Position numbers and translations under genes: made by a program | The notes under the pieces: model-generated | What the model was told of the DNA's origin: nothing | The model's database searches: none | What the model saw: the letters and a program-made list of their open reading frames with translations, nothing else | Shown here: positions 27,060 to 36,302 of the stretch, piece after piece | Layout of the letters: every line of letters begins with the position of its first letter | How positions within the stretch are numbered: the stretch's first letter is position 1 | Assembly: GCA_035510635.1 (NCBI GenBank) | Contig: DATKGU010000010.1 | Coordinates: forward strand, 2,149 to 66,148 | Direction of reading: 5' to 3' | DNA: 64,000 bases | Origin: Minisyncoccota bacterium | GTDB taxonomy: Bacteria; Patescibacteriota; Minisyncoccia; Phycocordibacterales; SBAW01

Positions 27060-28589
27060 ATGTCATTAAAAGTATTGTTTCTCCTCCTCGGTGTTGCTAC
27101 CCTACTCGGAGCAGTCATCGGGTATGTGTTTCGTTTGCTGTCGGTCGGTGCGCGCCGCAACTCTATTGAGGTAGAGGTTAAGCGCATGCTCTTGGATGCG
27201 CGCGAGCATGCCGAAAAGATAACTGCCGAGGCTGAAAGCTTGGCACGCGAAAAGCTCGCCACTGCTGAGGCGTCGCTCCAAGAAAAAGAAGAGAAGATAA
27301 CCCGTGCCGAAGACCGCGTGTTTAAACGCGAAGAAGCGCTCGACAAAAAACAAAACGATCTCGATACCGAGATTGCCGCTGTTAAAAGCAAAATCGACGA
27401 AGTAAAAAATATTAAAGAGCGCGCCGACGCTTTGCTTGGCGAGCGCGCCGAGGCGCTCGCGCAAGTGGCAGGCTTAAGCAAAGACCAAGCCAAGGAGCAA
27501 CTCTTGGCCGAGGTTGAGCGCGAGAGCGACTCCGACTTGATGATGCGCGTGCAAAAACTCGAGCGCGACGGTATGGAAAAACTCGAGCATCGCGCCAAAG
27601 AAATTTTGACGACCGCGATACATCGCATGGGCAACTCGGTTGCCGCCGACACGATGGCAACCGCGGTGACCATCCCCAACGACGAGATTAAAGGCAAGAT
27701 AATCGGTAAAGAAGGCCGTAATATAAAGGCTTTTGAGCGTGCCACTGGTTGCGAGGTTATCATCGACGACACGCCGGGCTCTATCGTGCTCTCTAGCTAC
27801 GATCCGCTGCGCCGTGCAGTGGCGCGCATCGCGCTCGAAAATTTGATACTCGACGGCCGCATACAACCGGCAAAAATTGAGGAGACTGTTGAGAAAGCAA
27901 AAAACGATGTACAAAAAATAATTAAAGAAAAGGGCGAGCAAGCTGCGTTTGAAGCAGGTGTCTTAAATCTCGACCCAAGGCTCATCTTAATACTCGGCAG
28001 GCTCCACTTCCGCACTAGCTACGGACAATCGGTATTGCAACACTCGGTAGAGATGGCGCACTTGGCCGGCATGATAGCCGAAGAACTCGGTGCCAACCCG
28101 GCAGTGGCGCGCGCCGGAGCATTGCTCCACGACATTGGCAAAGCGCTCGACCATGAGGTGCAAGGCACGCACGTTGAGATAGGGCGCCGCGTGTTGCAAA
28201 AGTTTGGCGTAAGCGAAGAGGTGGTTAAAGCAATGCAATCGCACCACGAGGAGTATCCCTACGAGACACCGGAGAGCGTCATTGTGCAGGTTGCCGATGC
28301 AATATCGGGCGGCCGCCCCGGCGCGCGCCGCGATAGTGTCGAAAATTATCTCAAACGCCTTGCTGACATCGAGGAAATTGCCAATTCGTTTACCGGCGTC
28401 GAAAAATCGTACGCTATTGCAGCCGGCCGCGAGGTGCGCGTGTTTGTAAAACCCGACGAGATGAGCGATTTTGCCGCTCGCGAGCTCGCACGCAACATCG
28501 CCAACCGCATCGAGAGCGACTTAAAGTATCCCGGAGAGATAAAAGTGCTTGTTATTCGCGAAACTCGCTCGATAGAATTTGCCCGCTAA
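27060..28589 (+). CDS. rny: ribonuclease Y
   Basis: N-terminal TM helix, coiled-coil, KH domain (IIGKEGRNIKAFE) and HD domain (LLHDIGK...); start moved to the internal ATG MSLKVLF. Confidence 0.9.
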   Translation: MSLKVLFLLLGVATLLGAVIGYVFRLLSVGARRNSIEVEVKRMLLDAREHAEKITAEAESLAREKLATAEASLQEKEEKITRAEDRVFKREEALDKKQNDLDTEIAAVKSKIDEVKNIKERADALLGERAEALAQVAGLSKDQAKEQLLAEVERESDSDLMMRVQKLERDGMEKLEHRAKEILTTAIHRMGNSVAADTMATAVTIPNDEIKGKIIGKEGRNIKAFERATGCEVIIDDTPGSIVLSSYDPLRRAVARIALENLILDGRIQPAKIEETVEKAKNDVQKIIKEKGEQAAFEAGVLNLDPRLILILGRLHFRTSYGQSVLQHSVEMAHLAGMIAEELGANPAVARAGALLHDIGKALDHEVQGTHVEIGRRVLQKFGVSEEVVKAMQSHHEEYPYETPESVIVQVADAISGGRPGARRDSVENYLKRLADIEEIANSFTGVEKSYAIAAGREVRVFVKPDEMSDFAARELARNIANRIESDLKYPGEIKVLVIRETRSIEFAR

Positions 28590-28698
28590 TACCCTAAGGC
28601 CGCTTTTTTGCTATCCAAATGGCTCTATTGCGCGGTTTTTGAGGGGTTGTATACTAGTCGCACAGGGCTTGTTCTATTAGTTACTAGTTATTAACCTT

Positions 28699-28971
28699 AT
28701 GAATAAGCAAGATATCGCAGAAAAGGTGCAAGGTGTGCTCGGTGGCACCAAGGCCGACGCAGAACGTGCGGTCGAGTCGATGATAGCTACTATCGTTGGC
28801 GCCCTCAAAAAGAACGAGGAGGTATCTATCGCGGGCTTGGGCATTTTTAAGACCAAGATGCGCGCCGCTCGCACGGCACGCAACCCTCGCACCGGCGAGG
28901 CAGTGCACGTGCCTTCGATGCGCGTACCGAAGTTCCAAGCCGCAAAAGCGCTTAAAGAGGCAGTCAAGTAG
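28699..28971 (+). CDS. hup: HU-family DNA-binding protein
   Basis: 90 aa; ...GLGIFKTKMRAARTARNPRTGEAVHVPSMRVPKFQAAKALKEAV matches the HU/IHF arm. Confidence 0.9.
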   Translation: MNKQDIAEKVQGVLGGTKADAERAVESMIATIVGALKKNEEVSIAGLGIFKTKMRAARTARNPRTGEAVHVPSMRVPKFQAAKALKEAVK

Positions 28972-28992
28972 CTTTTCTATCCTCTCGAGACG

Positions 28993-29024
28993 AAAAAACC
29001 CGCCACCAGGCGGGTTTTTTCGTT
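28993..29024 (+). terminator. rho-independent terminator after hup
   Basis: AACCCGCC-ACCA-GGCGGGTT followed by TTTTTTCG. Confidence 0.8.
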
Positions 29025-29142
29025 GTTGTTTGCAGTTGTTTGCAATTGAACCCTTTTAGTTGTATTGTCCTGCACGGACATAGTGTCCAAGGGCCTTAAG
29101 GTCCTTTCCCTTCGGGGAGAAGCTCTTTGAAGGAAGGCTACC

Positions 29143-29700
29143 ATGTTGGAATCGTTCACGCTGTCCCGCTCTCATCTCGCGGCACTTGAGAAGCTGTGCC
29201 TTGCACGACTTGCCGAAATGCCCATTGGTGATGCCTATGGCAAGATCGTAGCAGATGCATTACTTGAGGGCGCAGCTCACTTTGGAATCGATGAAAATTC
29301 CTTAGTAAAACGCGCCGAGTGTGCGTTGCGCCTGATTAAGAAAATTAATACTCTGCAACATAGAAAAGTGGGGAATCTTCGGTCGTTGCCTCAGACTAAG
29401 GGCGCCTTGTGGGAAGCACTTTTGTATGCGTGGCGCAAAACGCAAGACGGTATAAAAGAAGAAACCTTTGCACGGGGTCTACTTGAAACAACTTGCTTCG
29501 ACCATGAGGAGTATAAGGCGCTGGGGAACATTCTGCGCGAAGTTCGTGGTCAATGTAATTTCCCATTCAGAAAGGTTGCGCGTCTGCTGAGCTTGGCTCA
29601 AACAGGCTCAAACGAGATGGCGATTCATTTCATGAGTAAGGAGTTTGCCGTGCAGTTGAGTCCCGCAGCTCTTGCTCGGTTTGGAAAACAAAACGTGTAA
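29143..29700 (+). CDS. hypothetical protein, 185 aa
   Basis: Complete ORF bracketed by two terminators; no recognisable motif; structured leader with a UUCG-type hairpin upstream. Confidence 0.5.
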   Translation: MLESFTLSRSHLAALEKLCLARLAEMPIGDAYGKIVADALLEGAAHFGIDENSLVKRAECALRLIKKINTLQHRKVGNLRSLPQTKGALWEALLYAWRKTQDGIKEETFARGLLETTCFDHEEYKALGNILREVRGQCNFPFRKVARLLSLAQTGSNEMAIHFMSKEFAVQLSPAALARFGKQNV

Positions 29701-29705
29701 TGCCT

Positions 29706-29733
29706 GAGTCCGCGCAATGCGCGGACTTTTTTA
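29706..29733 (+). terminator. rho-independent terminator after the 29143-29700 gene
   Basis: GTCCGCGC-AAT-GCGCGGAC then TTTTTT. Confidence 0.75.
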
Positions 29734-29765
29734 TATGCATTAGCGTCTAATTGAACATTAATTTG

Positions 29766-29836
29766 TGCGGGCGGCGGGAATCGAACCCGCTCTGACTGCT
29801 TGGAAGGCAGACGTCATACCGGTAGACCACACCCGC
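29766..29836 (-). tRNA. tRNA-Gly (anticodon UCC), 71 nt, no encoded CCA
   Basis: Reverse complement GCGGGTGTGGTCTACCGGTATGACGTCTGCCTTCCAAGCAGTCAGAGCGGGTTCGATTCCCGCCGCCCGCA; acceptor stem 7 bp, T-loop TTCGATT, anticodon loop CTTCCAA; close to E. coli tRNA-Gly(UCC). Confidence 0.85.
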
Positions 29837-30500
29837 ATTGTTTTACCACCTCATCTTGCCATGCTTGTATCTTTCTCGCAAAAAACTTTCCAAGTTTTTT
29901 ATTACCTAAACCATTGACTCCCAAATGAGCCGTCCCATAAGGGAGCTTGCCCCGATTACGAGCCTTTTTGTTCGTACGTATGTCTATATACGTTTTTCTA
30001 AATTGGCTTCTAGGAAGAGTAGTCGTTGACGACCAAAATTGCAAACTTTTTTTAATGTCTGTATCTGGATATAGGTGCAACTTAATAATGAAATTTTCTT
30101 TCGGGACACCAAGAGACAGAAACCAGTGCATCATCAATTTAAGAACTTTCGGGTCCGAATTGGTAATACGTGTTATATCACAGGTTTTAGCTCCTTCCCC
30201 CATGTATAAACCGACCCCCAACATAAAAAGGTCTCTCCTAGTAATGACACCTATGTCTTTTATTGCTTCTCGTTTTGCCTCTTCGATGGACTGACGTTTA
30301 ATTTGAGCTTTTTTCTCCCCCGAAGCCGCACGAGCTTTGCCTATGGAAAATATTGTCTCTTTGTTGGGAGTATATGGCACCTGTCCTAACCATGCGCTCA
30401 GTGTGCCTTTTCCTATGCCTGTTTTTAGCGAAATATATGAATAGGAATAACCGGCCTGCCGGAGTTTTAATACCTCATTTTTCTTAGAAATAGGGAGCAT
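29814..30500 (-). CDS. HTH plus LAGLIDADG-type (LAGLIDADG_3-like) putative homing-endonuclease-like protein; the 3' end overlaps the 5' portion of tRNA-Gly(UCC) by 23 nt
   Basis: 228 aa; N-terminal HTH LRQAGYSYSYISLKTGIGKGTLSAWL; LFMLGVGLYMGEGAK (LAGLIDADG-like) followed by NSDPKVLKLMMHWFLSLG. Confidence 0.45.
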   Translation of the reverse strand: MLPISKKNEVLKLRQAGYSYSYISLKTGIGKGTLSAWLGQVPYTPNKETIFSIGKARAASGEKKAQIKRQSIEEAKREAIKDIGVITRRDLFMLGVGLYMGEGAKTCDITRITNSDPKVLKLMMHWFLSLGVPKENFIIKLHLYPDTDIKKSLQFWSSTTTLPRSQFRKTYIDIRTNKKARNRGKLPYGTAHLGVNGLGNKKLGKFFARKIQAWQDEVVKQCGCGLPV

Positions 30501-30563
30501 TTTTATATTGTAATACTACACAACCATACAAGCAATGTTCAAATTATAAAATAAAGGTATACT

Positions 30564-31733
30564 TTGGTTATGGAGTTTTTCAATTCTTTGCCAAGACTCT
30601 TCCACACATTCATCCTCAGCTTGGCGTTGTTTATACAAGTGCTTATAGGAGCCGCAACCAACCATACTGTTGTAACTGTCTCCCCTCCTACCCTGCCCCA
30701 ATCGGCAGCGACGACTTCCCTACCCGTACCTCCTACCAAAACGGCCTCAAGCACCCCCTCAAAAGTACCCTCAAAAACAAATATCGCAGCAGTTTCTTCG
30801 ACCAAAGCAACAAAACCCGTTGCAACTGCTGTCTCCACTCCACCTGCCCCTATTATTCAAGCAACTCTTCTCCCTCTCGACCAACTCAACACACAAACGC
30901 GGGCCTCGTTGGTAAACATCCTCTGTACCACCAAAGCGGGCGGCTCTTTCGAACCCATATCAGGCAGCGGTGTCATTGTAGACACCCGCGGCATCATACT
31001 CACCAATGCACATGTCGGACAATTTTTCTTGCTTACCAACTACGGCAGCACAGGAAATGTGCAGTGTGTCGTACGCACCGGTAGCCCCGCTACCCCCACA
31101 TATACCGCCGAGCTTTTGTATCTCCCGCCTGCATGGATAGAAGCCAACGCATCGCAAATTACTTCGCAACAGGCGGTTGGCACCGGCGAAAACGACTACT
31201 CGTTTTTGCTCATCAGCGGCCCTGTGTCATCCAGTGTTCCCTATCCATCGGCCTTCCCCGCTCTTACGATGAGCACCACCGACCCCAGCATTAACACCAA
31301 CGTGTTTCTTGCGGCATATCCGGCAGGATTTTTGGGCGGGACAACTATACAAACTAATTTGTATGCCTCATCGGCGCTCAGCACCGTGCAAGCGCTCTAC
31401 ACGTTTAACGATCCATCCCAAGTCGATCTTGTTTCGCTTGGCGGCACCGTCGTTGCACAGAGCGGCTCATCAGGAGGAGCGGTTATCAATGCTGCTACCG
31501 GAAGCCTTATAGGGCTTATCACTACCGAAACGCAAGGCACCACCACTGCTTCGCGCGATTTAAACGCTATAACGCTCGCACACGTCAACCGGAGCCTCAC
31601 CGCGTTAGGACAAGGCGGTATCACCGGTATTCTTACAGGAGATGTATCTCAAAAGGCAAATAATTTTAATGCCACCATTGCGCCAAGCGAAACTCAAACG
31701 CTCGAAGCAGTGCTTAATAAAGCTTCTAATTAG
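30564..31733 (+). CDS. secreted trypsin-like serine peptidase (Trypsin_2 / S1 family)
   Basis: Signal or TM segment, Pro/Thr/Ser-rich linker, then GSGVIVDTRGIILTNAHV (His) and ...QSGSSGGAVINAATGSLIGL (GxSGG Ser). Confidence 0.7.
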   Translation: MVMEFFNSLPRLFHTFILSLALFIQVLIGAATNHTVVTVSPPTLPQSAATTSLPVPPTKTASSTPSKVPSKTNIAAVSSTKATKPVATAVSTPPAPIIQATLLPLDQLNTQTRASLVNILCTTKAGGSFEPISGSGVIVDTRGIILTNAHVGQFFLLTNYGSTGNVQCVVRTGSPATPTYTAELLYLPPAWIEANASQITSQQAVGTGENDYSFLLISGPVSSSVPYPSAFPALTMSTTDPSINTNVFLAAYPAGFLGGTTIQTNLYASSALSTVQALYTFNDPSQVDLVSLGGTVVAQSGSSGGAVINAATGSLIGLITTETQGTTTASRDLNAITLAHVNRSLTALGQGGITGILTGDVSQKANNFNATIAPSETQTLEAVLNKASN

Positions 31734-32610
31734 TGCACCAGCGGGCAAAAATACCCGCAGGCAAAAGGCGACCACCGCCTTTTTCTTCTATCGTTAACTC
31801 ACCATAGTCCACTTCGCCGCCCCACTTTTCTTTAAAATTTGCGAGGTTGTAGGCAAATGCGAGCGGAGAGTATCCTTCGGCATAGCCGTTAATCAATACA
31901 AAAAGAGGTTCGTTGCTCACAAGCTCGCGGCACAATTGTATAAGTTCGAGTAAATTTTCTTCAATCTTCCACAACTCTTTTTTAGGACCATGACCAAAGG
32001 CCGGAGGGTCCATGATAATCGCGTCGTACTTTGCGCCTCTTTTTATTTCGCGTTTTACAAACACCAACACATCTTCGGTTATCCAACGTACTGGTTTGTC
32101 ACTAAACCCAGAGAGTGCGGCATTTTCGCGAGCCCATGCCACGGCAGTTTTTGAGCTATCCACATGTGTCACCTCTGCACCTGCCTGTGCCGCAGCAAGT
32201 GTTGCACCCCCCGTGTATGCAAAGAGATTGAGTACTGAAGGCGCTGAGCGAGAGGCAATCAGAGCCGAAAGCCACTCCCAATTGGAAAGTTGCTCGGGAA
32301 AGAGCCCCGTGTGTTTAAACGATGTTGGCTTTATCAAAAACTGCAATCCGCCAAACTCTATGTGCCACTCTTTTGGCAACTTCCCTGTCCACTTCCCTGC
32401 CTCGCCACCTTCCCTTACGTACGAGCCATCTGCACTCCTCCATGTTTCATATGAAAGCTTTTGCTCCCACAAAGCCTGTGGATCTGGTCGTGCAAGTGTT
32501 ACATCGCCAAATCTTTCAAGCTTCTCTCCCCTGCCCGAATCAAGGAGTTCATATTGGCTCGCTGGTTTTGTAATAAGCGTGATGCGATTCATATAGTTCT
32601 TTTTATCCAC
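31726..32610 (-). CDS. class I SAM-dependent (rRNA-type) methyltransferase
   Basis: 294 aa; VLNLFAYTGGATLAAAQAGAEVTHVDSS (motif I), DAIIMDPPAFG (motif IV, DPPxF/Y); RlmI/RlmK-like catalytic domain. Confidence 0.7.
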   Translation of the reverse strand: MDKKNYMNRITLITKPASQYELLDSGRGEKLERFGDVTLARPDPQALWEQKLSYETWRSADGSYVREGGEAGKWTGKLPKEWHIEFGGLQFLIKPTSFKHTGLFPEQLSNWEWLSALIASRSAPSVLNLFAYTGGATLAAAQAGAEVTHVDSSKTAVAWARENAALSGFSDKPVRWITEDVLVFVKREIKRGAKYDAIIMDPPAFGHGPKKELWKIEENLLELIQLCRELVSNEPLFVLINGYAEGYSPLAFAYNLANFKEKWGGEVDYGELTIEEKGGGRLLPAGIFARWCTN

Positions 32611-32614
32611 AACT

Positions 32615-32688
32615 TGGTCGGGGCGCCGAGAATCGAACTCGGTCTAACTGCTCCCAAAGCAGACGTACTACCGGTATACTACGCCCCG
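32615..32688 (-). tRNA. tRNA-Pro (anticodon UGG), 74 nt, CCA encoded
   Basis: Reverse complement CGGGGCGTAGTATACCGGTAGTACGTCTGCTTTGGGAGCAGTTAGACCGAGTTCGATTCTCGGCGCCCCGACCA; anticodon loop TTTGGGA. Confidence 0.85.
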
Positions 32689-32745
32689 ACCAAACGGTTG
32701 ATACTACTCCGTACTCAGTATAGTATCCTATGTCCTTTATAACTC

Positions 32746-33126
32746 CTAAAGGACAATGTTCTCCATAAGTTCCACACGCGCTTTATGACTCGTAAAATTG
32801 AGATACACACAGGCCAACTCTATCTGCCACGCCTTAGACTCTGGCACCTTATGTTGCAAAAGATAGGTCTGTATCGCCCGATGGAGCCGCTTTAGTTTGT
32901 TTGCATGAAAGTTCTCTTCCGGCCGCACACCGTTACCCGAAAGGTTTTCACATGTAACGGTCTTTACCTCGACAAAACTAAGAATATTGGCCTTTTCTGC
33001 CACTATGTCTATCTCGCCCCACGGCTTAAGGTAATTTCTCTCCACCACCCTATATCCTTTATTTTCAAGGTATTTACAAGCTACATCCTCACCTATGTCC
33101 CCCTTGCGCCTTTTTTCTGTTTTCAT
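32746..33126 (-). CDS. YraN-family (UPF0102) endonuclease
   Basis: 126 aa; KGDIGEDVACKYLENKGYRVVERNYLKPWGEIDIVA matches the YraN signature. Confidence 0.8.
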   Translation of the reverse strand: MKTEKRRKGDIGEDVACKYLENKGYRVVERNYLKPWGEIDIVAEKANILSFVEVKTVTCENLSGNGVRPEENFHANKLKRLHRAIQTYLLQHKVPESKAWQIELACVYLNFTSHKARVELMENIVL

Positions 33127-33336
33127 GTGAAAAGTGTTTCATGTGGCACACTTTTGCCTATAATTCATGTATTCTACATAAAGGACTGCCTTTAAACCCT
33201 TTTAGACATGTCTTTTATACACCTTTCCACAGAGTTATCCACACATACAGGCTTTTCTCTTTGTTTTGCAACAAATTTTTTATCCCCAATCTAGCTGTCT
33301 TTTACCTTTTGTTTCAAAGAGAGAACTAAAACACTG

Positions 33337-33407
33337 TGCGGATAGGGAGAATCGAACTCCCACCTCGTCCTTGGCAAGGACGCGTCCTACCATTAAACAA
33401 TATCCGC
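33337..33407 (-). tRNA. tRNA-Gly (anticodon GCC), 71 nt, no encoded CCA
   Basis: Reverse complement GCGGATATTGTTTAATGGTAGGACGCGTCCTTGCCAAGGACGAGGTGGGAGTTCGATTCTCCCTATCCGCA; anticodon loop CTTGCCAAG. Confidence 0.85.
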
Positions 33408-33486
33408 GAGCTTCAAACCTGCTTACGAACACACGGAAATAGTATATCTTATTTTCTTAATATCACCAGCGCTTATGTATATAGTG

Positions 33487-33558
33487 TGCTCTCGGAGGGA
33501 TTCGAACCCCCAACAACTGCTTCGAAGGCAGCGATGATATCCATTTCACCACGAGAGC
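33487..33558 (-). tRNA. tRNA-Arg (anticodon UCG), 72 nt, no encoded CCA
   Basis: Reverse complement GCTCTCGTGGTGAAATGGATATCATCGCTGCCTTCGAAGCAGTTGTTGGGGGTTCGAATCCCTCCGAGAGCA; anticodon loop CTTCGAA. Confidence 0.75.
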
Positions 33559-33619
33559 CTGCAAGGCAATAGTATCTCTAAACACAGCAAAGCTCAAAAC
33601 ATCTGCTAGAATTGAGCGG

Positions 33620-35095
33620 ATGCCGCTTTTTAAAGAACACATACCAAAAGAGGTTTTACGTGTAACCGAAACCTTGGAAACAGCCGGCCACGAGGCTTGG
33701 ATTGTGGGCGGATGTGTCCGTGACCTGTTTTTAGGGCGCAAACCTAACGATTGGGATGTTACCACCAACGCCAATCCAGAGCAGATACAAGGACTGTTTG
33801 AAAATACCTTCTATACCAACGAATTTGGCACTGTAGGGGTCGTAAACGACTCTGTAGAAGACGAAACTATAAAGGTGATAGAAGTGACCCCTTACCGGGT
33901 GGAAGGGAAGTACAGCGACGCTAGGAGGCCCGATAGCGTTATTTTTAGCACTCACATAGAAGACGACCTTAAAAGACGAGACTTTACTATCAACGCATTG
34001 GCCTTTAACTCTCAAAAAGGAGATCTTCTTGACCTTTACGACGGCATAAAAGACATACAGGCCGGCATTGTACGGGCAGTGGGGGAGCCTGAGGAGCGTT
34101 TTGGGGAAGATGCCTTGCGTATTTTGCGCGCAGTGCGCATAGCCGCAGAGCTCGACTTTGCTATTGAAGAACAAACACAACTCGCGATGGGGAAGAGCGC
34201 CTCTCAATTGGCAAAGATATCCAAAGAGCGTATCCGGGATGAATTTGTGCGCATTCTCAACTCACCCCAGCCCAAAAAAGCCCTTATTTTGAGCCATAAT
34301 TTGGGTATATTGCAGTATATGTCACCAGAGCTTGAGCAGGGGATAGGCATCGACCAAAATCAAGCCCACTCGTATGATGTCTTTGAGCATAATCTGCGCT
34401 CTTTGCAGCATGCGGCCGACAAGGGATGGAGTTCCGAGGTTCGTTTGGCGGCGCTGTTTCATGACGTGGGTAAGCCTAAGAGCCGCCGCTGGTCTGAGGA
34501 AAAACACGATTGGACCTTCCACGGCCATGAGGTTGTGGGTGCCCGGATGGTCACAAAAATCCTTGAAGACCTAAAGTTTCCACGTGAAACTATCGATAAA
34601 ACCGAAAAGCTAGTCCGCTGGCACATGTTTTTTAGCGATCCGGACAAGATAACCCTCTCGGCCGTGCGACGCATTGTGGCCAACGTAGGCAAGGAAAACA
34701 TAGACAACTTGGTAAAACTGCGCATGTGTGATCGCATTGGCACCGGGCGGCCCAAAGAACAGCCGTTTCGCTTCCGTAAATATCAAGCCATGATAGAACA
34801 AGCTCTGCGCGACCCTATCTCAGTAGGGATGTTAAAGATAGACGGCAGGGGATTAATGGAGGTAACGGAGGAGAAACCGGGCCCGCGCCTTGGTTGGATA
34901 TTGCATGCACTGCTTGAGGAGGTGCTTGATGATCCCGCAAAAAACACCAAGGAATATATGGATTCTCGGGCCATAGCGCTCTCAAAACTTGATGACAAAG
35001 CGCTGAGTGGACTTGGGGAGGAGGGCAAGGAACGCAAAGAAGAGGCCGAGGAGGCCGACATAAAGGACATACAAAAGAAGTATTTTGTTGATTAA
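33620..35095 (+). CDS. cca: CCA-adding tRNA nucleotidyltransferase with HD domain
   Basis: 491 aa; GGCVRDLFLGRKPNDWDVTT (polymerase-beta superfamily head), RDFTINA, HD motif ...FHDVGKP... Confidence 0.85.
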   Translation: MPLFKEHIPKEVLRVTETLETAGHEAWIVGGCVRDLFLGRKPNDWDVTTNANPEQIQGLFENTFYTNEFGTVGVVNDSVEDETIKVIEVTPYRVEGKYSDARRPDSVIFSTHIEDDLKRRDFTINALAFNSQKGDLLDLYDGIKDIQAGIVRAVGEPEERFGEDALRILRAVRIAAELDFAIEEQTQLAMGKSASQLAKISKERIRDEFVRILNSPQPKKALILSHNLGILQYMSPELEQGIGIDQNQAHSYDVFEHNLRSLQHAADKGWSSEVRLAALFHDVGKPKSRRWSEEKHDWTFHGHEVVGARMVTKILEDLKFPRETIDKTEKLVRWHMFFSDPDKITLSAVRRIVANVGKENIDNLVKLRMCDRIGTGRPKEQPFRFRKYQAMIEQALRDPISVGMLKIDGRGLMEVTEEKPGPRLGWILHALLEEVLDDPAKNTKEYMDSRAIALSKLDDKALSGLGEEGKERKEEAEEADIKDIQKKYFVD

Positions 35096-35489
35096 AGACA
35101 GGCCTATGCGGAGTTATGCACAGGTATGTCTTTTATGTCCTTTACAATGTCCTTTACGCGCGTACTATTGATACCAGAGACGAGTTAAATCATTTTCGTT
35201 AAGGTCTTAGCTTTCTTGCCAAGCATAACTGAAGATGGTTGAACAATAGTTCTTTCCATCACTCAGTTGCTTGGCGTTCTGCCCTGTACGCCCTCCAACA
35301 ACCACACGCTGTACACGTGTGAGGTGCAATTTTTTAAATTCACTTTTAAAAAAGAATCGTACGCGAACCTGCAAACTTCTATAAATTTTTTGGAAAAATT
35401 GGTAACGCGTTCTGTTCGAAAAAATTGACTTAAAAGATTGGCACACAGCCCCTGACGCCTCCTGTTAGGGGCTTAATCGTATCTACTTT

Positions 35490-36284
35490 TTATGCTAGTT
35501 CCAACACAACAGGGCAGTGGTCAGAGCCCACAACCTCGGGGAGGATTTTAGACGATTTGACCTTATTTTTAAGGCTTTTTGATACAAACCAGTAGTCGAT
35601 ACGCCAGCCAATATTGCGCTCGCGTGCGTGGGCAAAGTGGGTCCACCATGTGTAGTACCCATTACCTTTGGTAAAGAGGCGGAAGGTGTCAATAAATCCT
35701 GCAGCAACAACGTTGTCTAGCCCTTCGCGCTCTTCTTTGGTAAAGCCGTGCTCGCCCTCGTTGGCTTTAGGGTTGGCGAGATCATCCTCAGTGTGGGCCA
35801 CATTTAAATCACCGCAAAATATAACCGGCTTATGTTTCTCCAACTCCTTTATATACGCTAAAAATGCCGGGTCCCAACCGGTGTGGCGGAGCGCTAGGCG
35901 GGAGAGGTCGGGCTTGGAGTTGGGCGTGTAGCAAGTGACCACATAAAAATGCTCAAACTCAGCGGCAATAACACGGCCCTCTTGGTTTGGGTCGCCATAG
36001 CTGTCCTTTAGCTCATACTTCTCTGTAATCTCAGCAGGGAAATCATACAAAACCTCGACGGGCTCCTCCTTACAAAAGATGGCCGTGCCACTGTAGCCTT
36101 TTTTGCCTTTAGAGCTGTTCCAATACTCAACATACTCGGGCAAATTTATAACGGCTTGCCCTTGCTCGGCCTTGGTTTCTTGCAAGCAGATGATGTCGGG
36201 CTTCTGCTTTTCGACAAAAGACAAAAAAAGCCCTTTGGAGTGCACCGCGCGTATGCCGTTGACGTTCCAAGAGATAAGCTTCAT
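35490..36284 (-). CDS. xth: exodeoxyribonuclease III (AP endonuclease)
   Basis: 264 aa; MKLISWNVNGIRA..., ...ICLQETK..., ...GDLNVAH..., ...SDHCPV. Confidence 0.9.
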   Translation of the reverse strand: MKLISWNVNGIRAVHSKGLFLSFVEKQKPDIICLQETKAEQGQAVINLPEYVEYWNSSKGKKGYSGTAIFCKEEPVEVLYDFPAEITEKYELKDSYGDPNQEGRVIAAEFEHFYVVTCYTPNSKPDLSRLALRHTGWDPAFLAYIKELEKHKPVIFCGDLNVAHTEDDLANPKANEGEHGFTKEEREGLDNVVAAGFIDTFRLFTKGNGYYTWWTHFAHARERNIGWRIDYWFVSKSLKNKVKSSKILPEVVGSDHCPVVLELA

Positions 36285-36302
36285 GACTGAACTATAACAA
36301 AT

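Noticed and set aside
26969-27772. 267-aa Ser-rich ORF on the minus strand
   Set aside because: It is antisense to the RNase Y coiled-coil region. The low-complexity Ser/Ala run is the mirror of the Glu/Ala/Lys-rich rny sequence.
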